DNA of 35,524 bases. It comes from Thraustochytrium aureum. Its lineage: Eukaryota. Numbering within the stretch: the first letter of the stretch is position 1; the number at the start of each line of letters is the position of its first letter. The stretch covers positions 1 to 35,524 of the forward strand of contig BLSG01000162.1 of assembly GCA_012862495.1 (NCBI GenBank), in the 5' to 3' direction. The notes under the pieces are model-generated. The model searched no databases. It saw only the letters and a list, made by a program, of their open reading frames with translations, and was not told where the DNA came from. A program made the translations under genes and the position numbers. Shown here in pieces: positions 8,850 to 22,176 of this stretch.

Positions 8850-11800
8850 CTAGTCGTCGAGCTGCGTGAGCATGGCAACGCCGCGCTTGATGTAGTGATT
8901 GGCCGGGTACTCGGAGATTGGGAGCTCAATATAGCCCACAAAGTTGGTCGAGTGACCGGTAGTCGAGAGCATGCCGCGGCGCTCAGAGGTCTTGTAGAGC
9001 GGGCACTCGTACAGTTTATTGTCGTCAAGCGGCGGGATGTCCTTGGTCTCCGTGGGGACTAGCTTGATGATCGGCACCGGCACGTAAAGGACCTTTGGCG
9101 CGCTCTCAGTAAGCGAACCATTCTCGTGGTTCCACGCTGCGCCCTCGAGGAACAAACCATTCACATACGCGCCGTCTTCAGCAGCCTCGGTGATCTCAAC
9201 CGTGGTCGGGATCACCTCAAACGTGTACCTGATCAAGTCGATAGGAATGGTGTACTTGCGCGCAAAGTTTTGCCGCACCCCCGTAAGAAAACTGGGCGTA
9301 AAGTAAAACCCGCTCAGCCAAAACACGGCCGGCTTGGACCCCTTCTCAAACCACTTTTGCAAAAATTCGCACCGCTGCGCAAGATCCATGACGTACGAAC
9401 CAAGGGGCTTGAGGCTAGGGTACGAGGCGGCCGCCCACATAGCAGGAACCATCATCTGCACCATCGAGTTGCCCACTTGCTCAAGCTCCTTGGAGAGCAC
9501 CACGAGCCCGCGGATAGCCAGTTTAAGGCTCGCCAGTGACGACTTGACCACAGCCAAAAGCTTGTTAAAGCGGCCCATCTCTTGCACAAGCACCGAGTTC
9601 ATGGACTCGGTAAACTTGATTGGGAATCGCACGCTGGCCTGCTCGATGTCAAAAAGGTCCGGGATCTTCTTCTCAATGTCGTTGGCAAGCTCCATGACCG
9701 ACTCGGCCCAGCTCTTCCCCTCGCCACCTGTGGCGCGGGCTTGCAGCGAGAGCGTCGTGCCCAGCAGGTCATTCGTCGCTGTGATCGCAGAGGTGATGTC
9801 AGCGTTATCGTGCAAACCAAACACCTCGGGGGGCTCCTGAAAAGGAAGCGTCTTGATGAAGTCGAGGTAGTTTTCGATCTTGGCCATGTCAGGCGGGGTC
9901 TTGTACACGCCCGACGGGCTAAACGTGTACGTGTCTGCGAGCACCTTCGGGTCGTAAAAGTCGGAGAGGATGGTGAGCAGCCCGCGGCGGTCCTTGTCGT
10001 CGGTCACACGGCCGCCGTAGTTGCACTCGCCCGTGATGTACACCAAGAGGCGCCACGGGATTTGGTCGTACTCGTTCAAAAACAGGCAGAGCTGGTCCAT
10101 CGAGATCTTGAGGTCCGGCACGCTAAACGTGTAGGGGATGTTCCAGCCGAGCGGCCCAAATCGGCAGCGCTCGCGCACCAAGGCGTGGAAAAACGTCAGC
10201 CCGTACAGCAACCGCTTGAACTGCTTCGACTTCTTCAGGCACCCGTTTTCGAACCAGTCGCGGTCCATCGCAATGAAGCTCCCCGTCATGTTGGCGCGGA
10301 AACCGCGTGGAGGCTCGAGCGTGATCTTGACGCTATTCTGCAGCACCGACACTGGAAAGTCCTTGGAGGGCATCGAGGTGAGCCAGAGCCGAAAGTCGTC
10401 ATGGACGAGCTCTGGGGACAAGTCCTCACAGATCTTCTCCAGCGAGGGAAGCCAACTCGTAGCCACGTGGCAATTCTGGAGGCACACCCAGCCGCCGCGG
10501 TCAACCGCCTCGCTGACCGCACGCTCGGCGATGGGGCCCTGGCCCTGTCCTAGACTGACCGCGAAGAGCCGCGAGCTCATTCCGAGCTCGTCAGCGAGTC
10601 GCAGCAGCTCGGTCATGGGGTCTGCGCCGGGCGTTAGGACAAACAAAAGCGGCGTAGTCGAGCTTGAGTCCTCGTAGGCCGAGAGCAAGTTGAAGGGCGG
10701 CGGCTCGATGAACCGCTCTCCGATCTTCACCATGATAAATTTGACCACCGCAGGGACGACCTTGTCTGCGCGGATGCAACGGAGCAGCAAGAGCCGCTGG
10801 AACGCGGTGAACTCTTCGTCGTCAAAGCGCTCCGCGATATCTGCCTCTGGATCCGCGCTGTTGTATACGCGCTCCCAGAAAACGAGGTCTTTGCCCTCGA
10901 CGTTCTTGGAAAAGCCGTCCTTGAACGCGGCGAGGTCGTCTAGGCCGACAAAATCGCCCCAAGCCTTGTCGCTGAGCCACGCTGGCGCCGGGTTTGGCCG
11001 CGGCAAGTTCACTGCCGTAGATCCTGTCAGCAGATAGCGGAGCTCGATCCCGTCCATGTCGCCCCGGATGCTGAGAATTTTAATGCACAACAAGAAGCTG
11101 AAGAGCAGCTTGTCCTTTTCAAAGAGCGACCGGCACACGTTCTCGAAAAGGATCGTGGCAAACATCTCGTTGAGGTTTTGCAAGCGCTCGGCCAGGCTGG
11201 ACCCCTTCGCCGCGCGCTCGATAGCCATGTTGAACAGGTTCGTATACCAGGTCAGCGAGAACTGGTACATCGGATCCACGCTGGCGAGGTCGGCAACGCA
11301 GAAGAACAGGTTGGACGAAAGCACGGCCACGGGGATGTAGCCCTTTCGAGTGGCGTTGATCTTTTGCGTCGTCTTCTCCGCGATGGCGACTTGCTTCATG
11401 ATGGCGTCCCCGGTTTTTTTGCTTTCGCCTAGCGTGTTGATGAGCTCTTCGTCGTCGAGAATGTTGCCCTCCGAGGCGGCGAGAAGCTCGAGAATCTTGT
11501 CTTCCGTCTCCTTGAGGATGCGCTTGTTCTCTGCGTCTTCGACGACCAGCTGCTCGCGCTGCGCCTCGAGCTCGGGGGTCTCGCGCTTCACAGTGATCCC
11601 CAGCATTTGGTCCTCGAGGCCCTCTTGGGTGGCCACGAAATTCAGCAGGTTGACCTTGACGCACACCTCGGGCGAGTAGTGCGGGTTGCTCAGCTTTGTG
11701 GTGATGTACAGCCGGAATCGCACGTCGTACTCGACCGTGTTGTCACCGAGCTGAATAGTCTTTGCGCCGCCGCGGTCCACGATCTGCTTGGTGAGGAGCG

Positions 11801-14800
11801 GCTCCAGAATGGGGTCGAGCGTCTCTGGCACGTTTTCGAGGAGCACGGGAAGGCCGAATGACACGGCATTTTCGATGTTGCGCACAAAGTCAGACTGCGT
11901 CTGCTTGATCACTTTGAGCCCGTTCTCGCCCTCCACGTTGCGGATCCACCGGTTGGCCTGCCCCTGCGGGTCAATCATCAGCGGCCATCTGTTCGAGCTG
12001 AAGAGCATGATCGCATTGTCGATACTGAAGCCGTCGTTTGGAAGCTTGTTGATCGTCCAGTTGCGAATCTGCACCGGGTCTCCGAGCGTGGTGTTGAGCA
12101 AGAACGGCGTCGTGCTGGGGATCGAGTTTTGCGCAAGCAGAGAGGCCCACTCTTCAACGCAGTCCGTGCGGTACTTTTGCGTAAACACGCCCAAATAGGC
12201 GATCACACCAGAACTGAGCAAAATGTCGCCAGTGCTGTTTTCTAGTTGAACGCCGAGTTCGGCCACGAATTGGGTCCAGCGCGACTTTTCGCCGCCCAAA
12301 CCACCAATAAGCCGCGATGCGCGGTCCAACTTTGTGGCGCAATCTTTGACTTGGTTCTCCAGCGCCTCTTTCTTGTCCATTGTGGCCTGCAGCTCCTCTT
12401 GCAGCTTTTGAAGGTTGTCGAGCACGGCTTTCAGCTCTGCCTGCTTAGCGCGCAGCTGCTCCATCGCCTGAGCGAGCTCAGCGTTGGCCTTGGCGAGAGC
12501 CTCGCGCTTGGGCGCCACAACGCGGGCAATCTTCTCGTACACGACCATTGCGTGCACCCATTTGCACAGTCCGGCAGCTGCGACGGAGGCCTTCTTGATG
12601 ATGTCCGGGGTGAAGTCGTCACGCTCGCAAAAGGGCTTGACCTTTTCGATGACGGGCAACGGGATATTGTCCTTGTCAAAGTCGACGAGGCGCTGCAAGA
12701 ACTTTGGGTCGTTCAGCAGCTCCTTCTGCGCCGGCTCCCAGTAGTCGTCAACCTTGCCGCGGCCATCCGGATTTGGGATCTTTTTCGGCTTGACGCCCAT
12801 CATGATGCAGACCGCCTCAAGCGTGATCTTTACACCAGGGGGCGGCTTCTTCATGGCCTTGACCTCAACGATGTCGCTCTTGCTGAGGGTGCTGAGGGCC
12901 TTGACGGCGCTCTCCAGCGCGGGAATCGCCTCCGCAAGAATCTCTTCGCACTCGGCCTTGTCCTTCGAGCAGGACGCGGCTTGCGCTTTGGCGTCTGCCT
13001 CATCCTTCTCAACGAGCTTCTTTTGCTCGTCTGCCTCGATCTGCTTGGATTGCACGATCTTGAGCTTTTCGTCGGTCTCGGCCTGAGCGACGACGAGCTT
13101 TGGCTGAAGCGCCTCGAGCTCTTCGCGCATTTCCGCAACCTGGTCGGCGGTTTCCTGCAGCTTTTGCAGACCGTTCGCGTACCTTGCCCGCCTGTTGGTG
13201 ATGTCGGACTGCTGTTTCTGGATCAGAGTCTTGAACGTGCCGATGAGCTCCAAGTAGGAGGTGGGCGTGACGTAATAGTACCTGCCCATCTCCTCGAAGA
13301 ACCGCACTGCCATCGTGCTTGTGCGCTGCTGCATGTCGCAGCAGACGTCGATGACGCCCTTCTTTAGCCTCTCGTCAAGGCTGGTAAGGCTGCTGAGAAA
13401 ATGGCCCGCGACGCTCAGGAGCGCCTCGCGCGGCCATTCAGCAAACCAGTCGATCGCACAGCAGTTGACGAGCGACGGAAACATGCGAAGCCGGTCGCGG
13501 AAGGCGTCGCCAACGGGAGAGAAGGCTAGCACAACGTGCAGGTTCTGGCGGCATCGTTTGGCGAAGTACTGCATGGCCTCGGCTTGGCCGTTGAGCTCGA
13601 CGCCGAGCTTTTCCGCAGCAGGCCTGACGGCCTCGATCACCTCGGCGGTCTCCTCGTTGTTGAACAGGTTGGGCACTTCCCCCGTGTTGAGCAGGTTGTT
13701 GATGTCCTCAACGAAGCCCTCCTCAACGACCTGGGTGTCGGAGAAGAGGAAAACGGTGGCTTTGCCCTCAGCTCCGGCCATGCGGAGCATGCGCTTGAGG
13801 TCGTCTCGCCACTCGGTCTTCCCGTAGGCTTTGCTGATCTCGATTTGAAATAGGTGCTGCTCGTTCAGGGAAACGGCAAGAGTTGTGAGGCTCTTGCGGC
13901 CCGAACCGCCTACGCCTACGAGCAGAGCGTTGCCCAGGGGCTGGCAGAGGACGCGGCTGATGCGCGCTACGTGCTCGATCGCGTTCATGAAGAGCACGAG
14001 GGTCATCTTCTTGGCGCTCATGTTGTTGAAGTCGGCAAGGTAGCCCTCCATCACGGTTCGGAGCTTGTTCATGTCGTCGAGCTCGTCGTAAACGCGGCTC
14101 TCAATGAGCTGCGTCGGATCAATAAAGGTCCCGTAGATTAGCGGCCGGTTGCGTGGCGCAATGGAGCCCGCCCAGTCCACGTTGAAGTGCTCGCGCGTCT
14201 TGACGGAAACCGCCTCGAAGAACCAGTCCCGATCTTCCGTGTTGATGAGCCGGTCGTGAAACACCCGAGTGCACTCGTGGCCCCAAATGCGGATAAGCTG
14301 GTTCTGCTCCTTGATCTTGTCCGGCGAGCCCATGCATATGCCTTGGAACACCTTGCTAAGGTCGCGCAAGTTGAACGTGTAGTGCGACTTGCTTGGGGTC
14401 GGCAGCAGCTCTTCCTCAATCTGGGCGTAGAGCCCTACCGTGGCAGACACGAGGCTGGAGATGGCCGCCTTGATTTTCGGGCCAAACGGCTTGGCCCAGA
14501 ACTCCATAATTGAGCCAAAAATGACCGAGAGCGAGTCTCCGTCAAAGGGGACCATGTTGAGCATCGAATAGTGTCGCACATAGCGTTGGGTGATCTGCGA
14601 TCGGCCACCGCCCGGGGGGCCCATGGCGGCAGCGAACTGGATGTCCACGAGTTTGCGGAACGTCTTGTCCTTGCGATCGTACCAGCCCGAGTGGTCCATA
14701 TACTGGCGCAGAATCTCGATAGGAGGCTGCGCCCCGTACGTCTCTTTGGCGGGCATGTTGAGATCGTCGACGAAGACGACCATCTTCTTGCCGATTGGCG

Positions 14801-17800
14801 GCCCGAAAATGCCCCGCTTTCGCTTGTCCAGCTTGCCGTCGATGATGTCTTGCGTCTGGTTTGCGCTGGTTTGTGCGCTAAAGTTGAGAAAGAGCGGACT
14901 GTACTTGTTCTGGTCCAGCTCGCCGGCCAGCACCTTTTTCAACGAGACCGTTTTGCCGGTCCCCGTGTTTCCCGTAACGAGGACAGGCATGCCGTGCTCG
15001 ATGAGCTGTCTTATGATCCACTCGTTGCGCGTTGTGTCCACGGTGGGGACGAGGATGTCCTGGAACTGGGCCCCCGACGGAGCGATAAACATCGGCGTGA
15101 TCTCCTGCCAGGGGACCCAGATGTTCTTCTCGCACATGAACACATAGTCAAAGATGGAGCCCTTGTCAAAGGGCAGCGCGCCGCGCAGCTCTCGCGGCGC
15201 GTCCATTCGGCCTTCGTACGATGGGTTTTTGAGGACAAACTGGTTCCAAGCCTCGTTGCCAGCAATCGTGCCCGTGACCAAGCGCTTGAAATACGTGTCG
15301 AGAACGCGGTGACCCTGGCTGTCGGTGACGCCACCCACGGACCAAATGATAGCGAGCATGAAAGCGCCTTCGACGACCTTGAGGGGCTCCCCTGGACCGT
15401 CAGAGCCGTTGAGGAAGGGGTCGATCAGGGTGGCCTCCATGAGACGAAGCGTGGCCGCGCACAGCTCGAGGTCGGTGACGGGCGTCGGGACTGCGCACGC
15501 GTTCCGCAGCTGGTAGACAAACGGCTCAAAGTACGTCTCGAAGAGCTCGGTGACCTCTTCGCAAGCCTGGTTCTCCGCAAGAAATGGAGGCAGCTTGGCG
15601 ACCCAGCTCTTGATCAGGGGGCGCCACCCGAGGCGCTTCTGTTCGAGGAAAACCATGCCTACCCGGCTCACGGTCGCTGGCGAGGCCACCTCGAGGTCCT
15701 CGGGCTCAAACATCATTGTCATGCGTGCCGACATCTTGACAATCTCACCACTCTGTAGGCACAGCTTCTTGTTGTCGTCCAGAACGGTGTTCATGTCCTC
15801 GATCCACACAGCATCAACGGGTCCGTCGAACATGATCCACTGCCTGTCGACGGAGGTGTCCTTGGCACAGTTGCGGTATGTGATTGCAAGGATACCATCC
15901 TCCCATTCGTGCGTGTTGGCGTCAAAGCTACCGTAGAGCTGGCCCTGCGTGATGCTCTTCGGGTTGACGGTGGAGATTTTCACCTTGCCCTCAAACTTTG
16001 GGTCGCCTTGGATGCGCGACATGGCCTTTGCAAGCGTGTGTGTGACGCGCGTTTTGCCACTAAGCGTCTCGCCGACGACCATGAGGCCGTGACGAACCAT
16101 GACGGTCTCGTACAGCTGGATCACCGCGCGAACAAAAGTGTCCGTTGCCTGGAGGTTGTCCTCCTCGCAGACTTGGTGAATCGCCTCCAAGAGCTGGCGG
16201 TAGTCTGGGGTGGGGAGCTCCACGCCGGGAAACAGGTCCGAGGTGATGCCCTTAAAGAGGGGCAGGTCGCCGGTGGTAAACTTGGGCTCGTTGACGTCGA
16301 CAATGGCCGAAAGCACGATCATGGCCTCGCTCCACTTGTCGCCAAGCGCTTGGCGGAGCACACCTGCGCGGACGAGGATTGAAAACACGGCGCGCATGCC
16401 GTAATCGTAGTGCTTTTGCGAGCTGAGCTGCTCGGAGCACAGTGTCAGCGTTTGCGTCAGCTTGCGCGCCAGGTTGCGGTTGTCCGCAAAGCCAAAGCTG
16501 AAAAGCTTGATCTCCGCAATCAAAGCATAGTTGGGAACCATCATCGCGCACGGACGGAACAGGGCCTGAAGGTTGTCTGGGAGCTCTTGGCGACCCGCAT
16601 AGCCGGGATTCATTGTAATGAACGAGTTGGCGTCCGGGTTGAGCGTCAACGTGGAGCCCTCAAAGTCGAAGCGCTTGAGGCGGGCTCGCTTGGCCTTGAC
16701 GATGGTCAAAATCTGCTGCGCGATCACACTGAGCACTTCGAGCTCGATGCGATTGAATTCGTCAAAGCAGGCCCAGGCTCCGGCCTGAGCAATGCCCTTG
16801 AAGAATTTGGCCATCGCGAGGTAGTCGAGACCGTCGGAGCAATTGAATACGACACACTGCTTTGCGATGGCCTTGGCCAGGTCCTTTGTGGTCTCTGTCT
16901 TGCCGGTCCCGGCGGGGCCGGCGGGAGCCCCACCGTAGAGGAGCGAAACGGCGCCCATAAGTGTGCGATAGCACCTGTCCGTGAGCGGGGTGATGATGAG
17001 GCGAGAACTGTTGCCGAGGTACTCGTAGGCGTACATCTGGGTCGCGTTGAGGATACGCACCATCATGTTGTTTGGGTCGGGGCCGTAGCGATTAAAGTCG
17101 TCGTCCTGCTCCTCCCAGTAGTAGCGCAGCTGCGCAAGCCACTCAAAAGCGTCGGGGTCGGATACGTTTTGGGCGGCCATTTCCTCGACCACATCGCGCT
17201 GGTGGACGTCGATCACGCTGAGCGCACCGAGCGTGGTGCGCTCCATCTTGCTAATCTTGCCGCGCACCAAGTGCACGATTTGCAAAAGTTGCTGGTTGAG
17301 CTGCTCGGTGTAATGGGACAAGCGCCCCTCCTTGATGGCCGTTGTGACCTCTTGCGTCCAGTACAGCTGGCTCGCGTTCAGAACGACCTGGCCGGGCCAG
17401 GATAGGACCCACTTGGAGCGCTCGTCGTTGGCCATGAGCTCGTCGCCCATCGGTGGGTAGGTCTTGGCAGCGGCCTGCAGGATCTCCTTGACGGTGATCC
17501 GCATCGAAAGCTCAAAGTCGCTGAGCCACATCTCCACGTTGCCCTTGTTCGCGGCCGAGTTGGGGTCGACGACGAGGGAGAGGTCAACCACCTCGCCTTC
17601 GTTGGAGAGCATGCGCGGGATACGCACGTCCTCGCGGCCGCCGGCCTCGAAAGGGGTGCCCCGTGGGCAGTTTTGCTGGTCGGGCGGTGGCATGTCGCAC
17701 CCGAACACGACTTGGCCCACCCCCTCAAAGCACTTGCCCAGGAAAGGCTGCACGGCTCGCACCTCCTTGGTCTGCGAGACGATCTCGAGGAGCTCGTCGT

Positions 17801-20800
17801 TACTGAGAAAGAAAAAGCGCGCAAAGCTCATGCGCTTGACCTCGAGGTAGTCGTTGAGACCTTTGGAGATCAAGTCGAGCCGCTCGTTGGCTTGCTTGAA
17901 GCGGTCAACCAGCGTTTCATCCGCTGCGATGCCCATCACAGGAGGCTCGTCGTGGATCTTGCCGAGGGCCTTGCGCCAGACAGCGTCGACGGAGGCGAAG
18001 CGGCGCGCCTCGGTGGGCATTTGGCGCGTGATGTCGTCAGAAGAGAAAATTGGCGCGAGATACATCCACGCGCGCTGCACTTTGAGCATCTCGTCCACGA
18101 GAGTCTGGATGTATTGGAGGCGTTTCTCCCACTGCACAGCTTTGTGCCTGATCGGTTTCACGTACGGGGACCCCAGCATAGTCTGGATCTTGACGATGTG
18201 GTCGTCCAGCAGTGACATGACGTCGTCCGTCCCCTTGATCACGTACGTGCCGGACTCCTTGTAGGCCATGGTCTCGAATTCGATTCCGTTCCACTCGGCC
18301 GCCATGGCCTCGATGTTTTTCTCAAGGGCAAACTCCTTTTCAGCCTTGACAGTGATGATCTCGACCTCGTCCATGCGCGCCATAATGTTGAGGTCGATCA
18401 GGCGTTGCAGCGTAAGCGACTCGTTCGGCGTGACGTCCTCCTGGATCAGTTCGCTGAGCGCATTCCAGTGGCGCTCGCGAAGCGCCGGGCTCGCGAGTGC
18501 GCGGATCAAGGGCAGGTAGCTCTTGAACGCGTCAGAGTCCTCGCGNNNNNNNNNNNNNNNNNNNNNNNNNNNNNNNNNNNNNNNNNNNNNNNNNNNNNNN
18601 NNNNNNNNNNNNNNNNNNNNNNNNNNNNNNNNNNNNNNNNNNNNNNNNNNNNNNNNNNNNNNNNNNNNNNNNNNNNNNNNNNNNNNNNNNNNNNNNNNNN
18701 NNNNNNNNNNNNNNNNNNNNNNNNNNNNNNNNNNNNNNNNNNNNNNNNNNNNNNNNNNNNNNNNNNNNNNNNNNNNNNNNNNNNNNNNNNNNNNNNNNNN
18801 NNNNNNNNNNNNNNNNNNNNNNNNNNNNNNNNNNNNNNNNNNNNNNNNNNNNNNNNNNNNNNNNNNNNNNNNNNNNNNNNNNNNNNNNNNNNNNNNNNNN
18901 NNNNNNNNNNNNNNNNNNNNNNNNNNNNNNNNNNNNNNNNNNNNNNNNNNNNNNNNNNNNNNNNNNNNNNNNNNNNNNNNNNNNNNNNNNNNNNNNNNNN
19001 NNNNNNNNNNNNNNNNNNNNNNNNNNNNNNNNNNNNNNNNNNNNNNNNNNNNNNNNNNNNNNNNNNNNNNNNNNNNNNNNNNNNNNNNNNNNNNNNNNNN
19101 NNNNNNNNNNNNNNNNNNNNNNNNNNNNNNNNNNNNNNNNNNNNNNNNNNNNNNNNNNNNNNNNNNNNNNNNNNNNNNNNNNNNNNNNNNNNNNNNNNNN
19201 NNNNNNNNNNNNNNNNNNNNNNNNNNNNNNNNNNNNNNNNNNNNNNNNNNNNNNNNNNNNNNNNNNNNNNNNNNNNNNNNNNNNNNNNNNNNNNNNNNNN
19301 NNNNNNNNNNNNNNNNNNNNNNNNNNNNNNNNNNNNNNNNNNNNNNNNNNNNNNNNNNNNNNNNNNNNNNNNNNNNNNNNNNNNNNNNNNNNNNNNNNNN
19401 NNNNNNNNNNNNNNNNNNNNNNNNNNNNNNNNNNNNNNNNNNNNNNNNNNNNNNNAGCCACGGTGTGGTCCAGGCTCGGAGAAATGGCAACGCCGGTGGT
19501 GTCCTCGTCGAGGCGGACCTCGATGATTCCGCGCAGGAGCTCTGGGCCCTCGGCGCCGCCCTTGCGGGCTGACAGGACGGAGTTGTCGCGAAAGTAAGCC
19601 ACCCAGTCGTCCAAAGTCCGCAGGGTGAGGTCCTTGAGTTGGTTGGCCATCTGCAGCTTGAAGCGCCGGAGGAGTTTGGCCGTTCCGCTCGAGTGTATGA
19701 CCTCGAGGTCTGACTCGTAAAAGTTGTAGTCGTTGGTCAGGTTGTCGAGCATGTTGTTGACGACTCCCTGCCACCACACACGCTTGAGCTTGGCAGCGAG
19801 TTCGTCGCAGTGCGCGATCTGCACATGGAGAAAGTCTTCAAGCGCGAGCGCGGGGTCGGTGGTTGGGTCGCGCGAGACGTCAAAAAACGTGGCTCTCGCA
19901 AACTCGTCTCGCCATGTGTCCTCGAGCCAGTAGACGGTGAGGGCCAGCCCGCTCGTGCCAGAGTAGTGGTTCCGGGCGATGCAGTCGCGCGCCTCCGCAA
20001 ACGAGGTAGCGGAGGGCGGGAGCTGAATCTTGCCAAAGTAGGGGGCGGGCCCATTCGCGGGGAAAGGAGGAAGCTTGAGCTCTGCGGCGCGATCGCGAAC
20101 CTCCTTGTCCGACTTGATCGCTTCGCGCAGGATGACCTTTTGCATGGTTGTCAGGTACGTGTCGTCCACCTCCTCGACGAGCGTCCGCGTGAGGTCGCGG
20201 CGGCGGTCGTCAAAGTCCGCCGAGACGATTGCGTCCCCGGCGCTGATCTGCCGGTCCATCCGCTCCGTCGCAAGGTGGTAGATCACTTGCCAGATCGGCT
20301 CACTGAGGGGCACGATGTCCTTGGTCTCCTGGCGCGCCGCAAAGTACTCTAGGCGCACGAGCGCCTTGCTCAGGTCGCGCAGTTCGTGGCATCGGCGCAC
20401 GCGCTCGTGAAATGCGTCTGGGTTTTCCGCGTCGAACATGAGGTTGAGCCTCTTGACCCACTTGGGCTTGCCGGTCGCGCGGAAAAGGATCTCAAACTGT
20501 TGCCGCTCCCCATCGTATTGGAGCACATCGCACTTTTCCCACGACCAGTCTCCGTTTATGTAGAGTGGGGAGCGGGCTGTGCGGCAGTGCGCGATCCACT
20601 CGCCTGGTTGGTACTTGTCTGACGTGCTGTCGTCAAAATGTTCGAGCGGGACTTTGCTCTGGTCAAGTCGGAGAAAGTCTTCGTCTTCAAGCCCGCGCTT
20701 GTTGAGCCCGTCTTCGACGCGCTTTGCTTCTTGTGCTTTGCGTTCGGCGCGCTCCACAGGGGTTTCGTAGTCGGTTCCGCGAAAGCGCGCGTTGGCCAGA

Positions 20801-21243
20801 AACGGAAACTCGCGGACGCCCTCTGCAATGGCAACCTTGTCCGGCCGCAGTTTGGGTACGTGATTGGTCTTCCAGCGGTGCGGAATATTGTGGTGGTCGA
20901 GCGTGGAGGCCTCCTCTTTGAGCTCGCCAGCCGACCCCAGCGTCGCACAGCTACTTGCGTGTGCAGCGCGGCGGAGCCCGGGCCCGGCGGCGCGCCGCTT
21001 GGTGGGGCTCTTGCTGGACCTGAGCGAAGCCTGCGACACCGACCCCGTCAGCGCCGCCTTGGTACGCTCCAGCTCTGCATCCGACCTGGCCCTCCTCAGT
21101 TTCTCCTCGCGTTCCTCGTCCTTGCGCAGCATCTCGGCGGCGCGACCGTGTCCCGCGCGACCTTCAAGCGCTCCGCCCTCCTCTTGCTGCTCTGCTGCCG
21201 CACCGCCGCTGCCGGTCTGCCGCCTCCTGCCCCTCCGCTGCAT
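8850..21243 (-). CDS. DNAH: Axonemal dynein heavy chain, single-headed inner-arm type, about 4100 aa. Interrupted by gap 18546-19455; start codon uncertain
   Basis: The ORF from 18545 to 8850 is continuous and has four P-loops (GPAGTGKT, GETLSGKT, GNTGTGKT, GVGGSGRKS). It also has FARFFFLSNDELL, the stalk/MTBD region (EVKAMKKPP), RWPLMIDPQGQAN, LGQGQGP and the C-terminal CPLYKTSERRGMLSTTGHSTNFV. The tail is in ORF 21243-19456; the frame offset across the gap is consistent with an estimated gap length. Confidence 0.97.
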
Positions 21244-22176
21244 ACATACATACCTTCATGCCCATGCGAAGCACATGCATACATGCAGGGAGGCAACGCC
21301 GTTGGCACGTGGTAGCGAAAAATCAACGGCTCGTGGGGGGGCCCGTCGCCGCATGCCGAGTATGGCGGATACAACCAGCGAAGACGGAAGTAGACCANNN
21401 NNNNNNNNNNNNNNNNNNNNNNNNNNNNNNNNNNNNNNNNNNNNNNNNNNNNNNNNNNNNNNNNNNNNNNNNNNNNNNNNNNNNNNNNNNNNNNNNNNNN
21501 NNNNNNNNNNNNNNNNNNNNNNNNNNNNNNNNNNNNNNNNNNNNNNNNNNNNNNNNNNNNNNNNNNNNNNNNNNNNNNNNNNNNNNNNNNNNNNNNNNNN
21601 NNNNNNNNNNNNNNNNNNNNNNNNNNNNNNNNNNNNNNNNNNNNNNNNNNNNNNNNNNNNNNNNNNNNNNNNNNNNNNNNNNNNNNNNNNNNNNNNNNNN
21701 NNNNNNNNNNNNNNNNNNNNNNNNNNNNNNNNNNNNNNNNNNNNNNNNNNNNNNNNNNNNNNNNNNNNNNNNNNNNNNNNNNNNNNNNNNNNNNNNNNNN
21801 NNNNNNNNNNNNNNNNNNNNNNNNNNNNNNNNNNNNNNNNNNNNNNNNNNNNNNNNNNNNNNNNNNNNNNNNNNNNNNNNNNNNNNNNNNNNNNNNNNNN
21901 NNNNNNNNNNNNNNNNNNNNNNNNNNNNNNNNNNNNNNNNNNNNNNNNNNNNNNNNNNNNNNNNNNACTATCTGTCGTTGAGGGGTGTTGGGTGAGGCGC
22001 ACAGACGTGCAGCAGGCGAGCAGAGCAGAAAGGGCGCGGCAGGCGAGTCGGTGGTCGAGTGGGCGGGCAGACGCGCAGGCCGGATTCTGTCTTCCCACGG
22101 TGTCCCGTGCGCTACGGGGCTGGCAGCCCGCAGAGGGCTGGCCGTGCAATCCCCGCGGCCTGCTGTTGTTGCAGAG

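Noticed and set aside
9126..18519. Many + strand ORFs (up to 395 aa) antisense to dynein, and similar shadows of other genes
   Set aside because: These are expected mirror ORFs from high GC3 codon bias and show no independent motifs.
21238..21282. Possible short intron (16 nt GTATGT..CAG or 45 nt GTATGC..CAG) at the dynein 5' end
   Set aside because: The sites lie in an (ATGT)n-like tract that produces such motifs by chance. The 45-nt option is frame-compatible but cannot be supported without transcripts, so it is kept only as start uncertainty.
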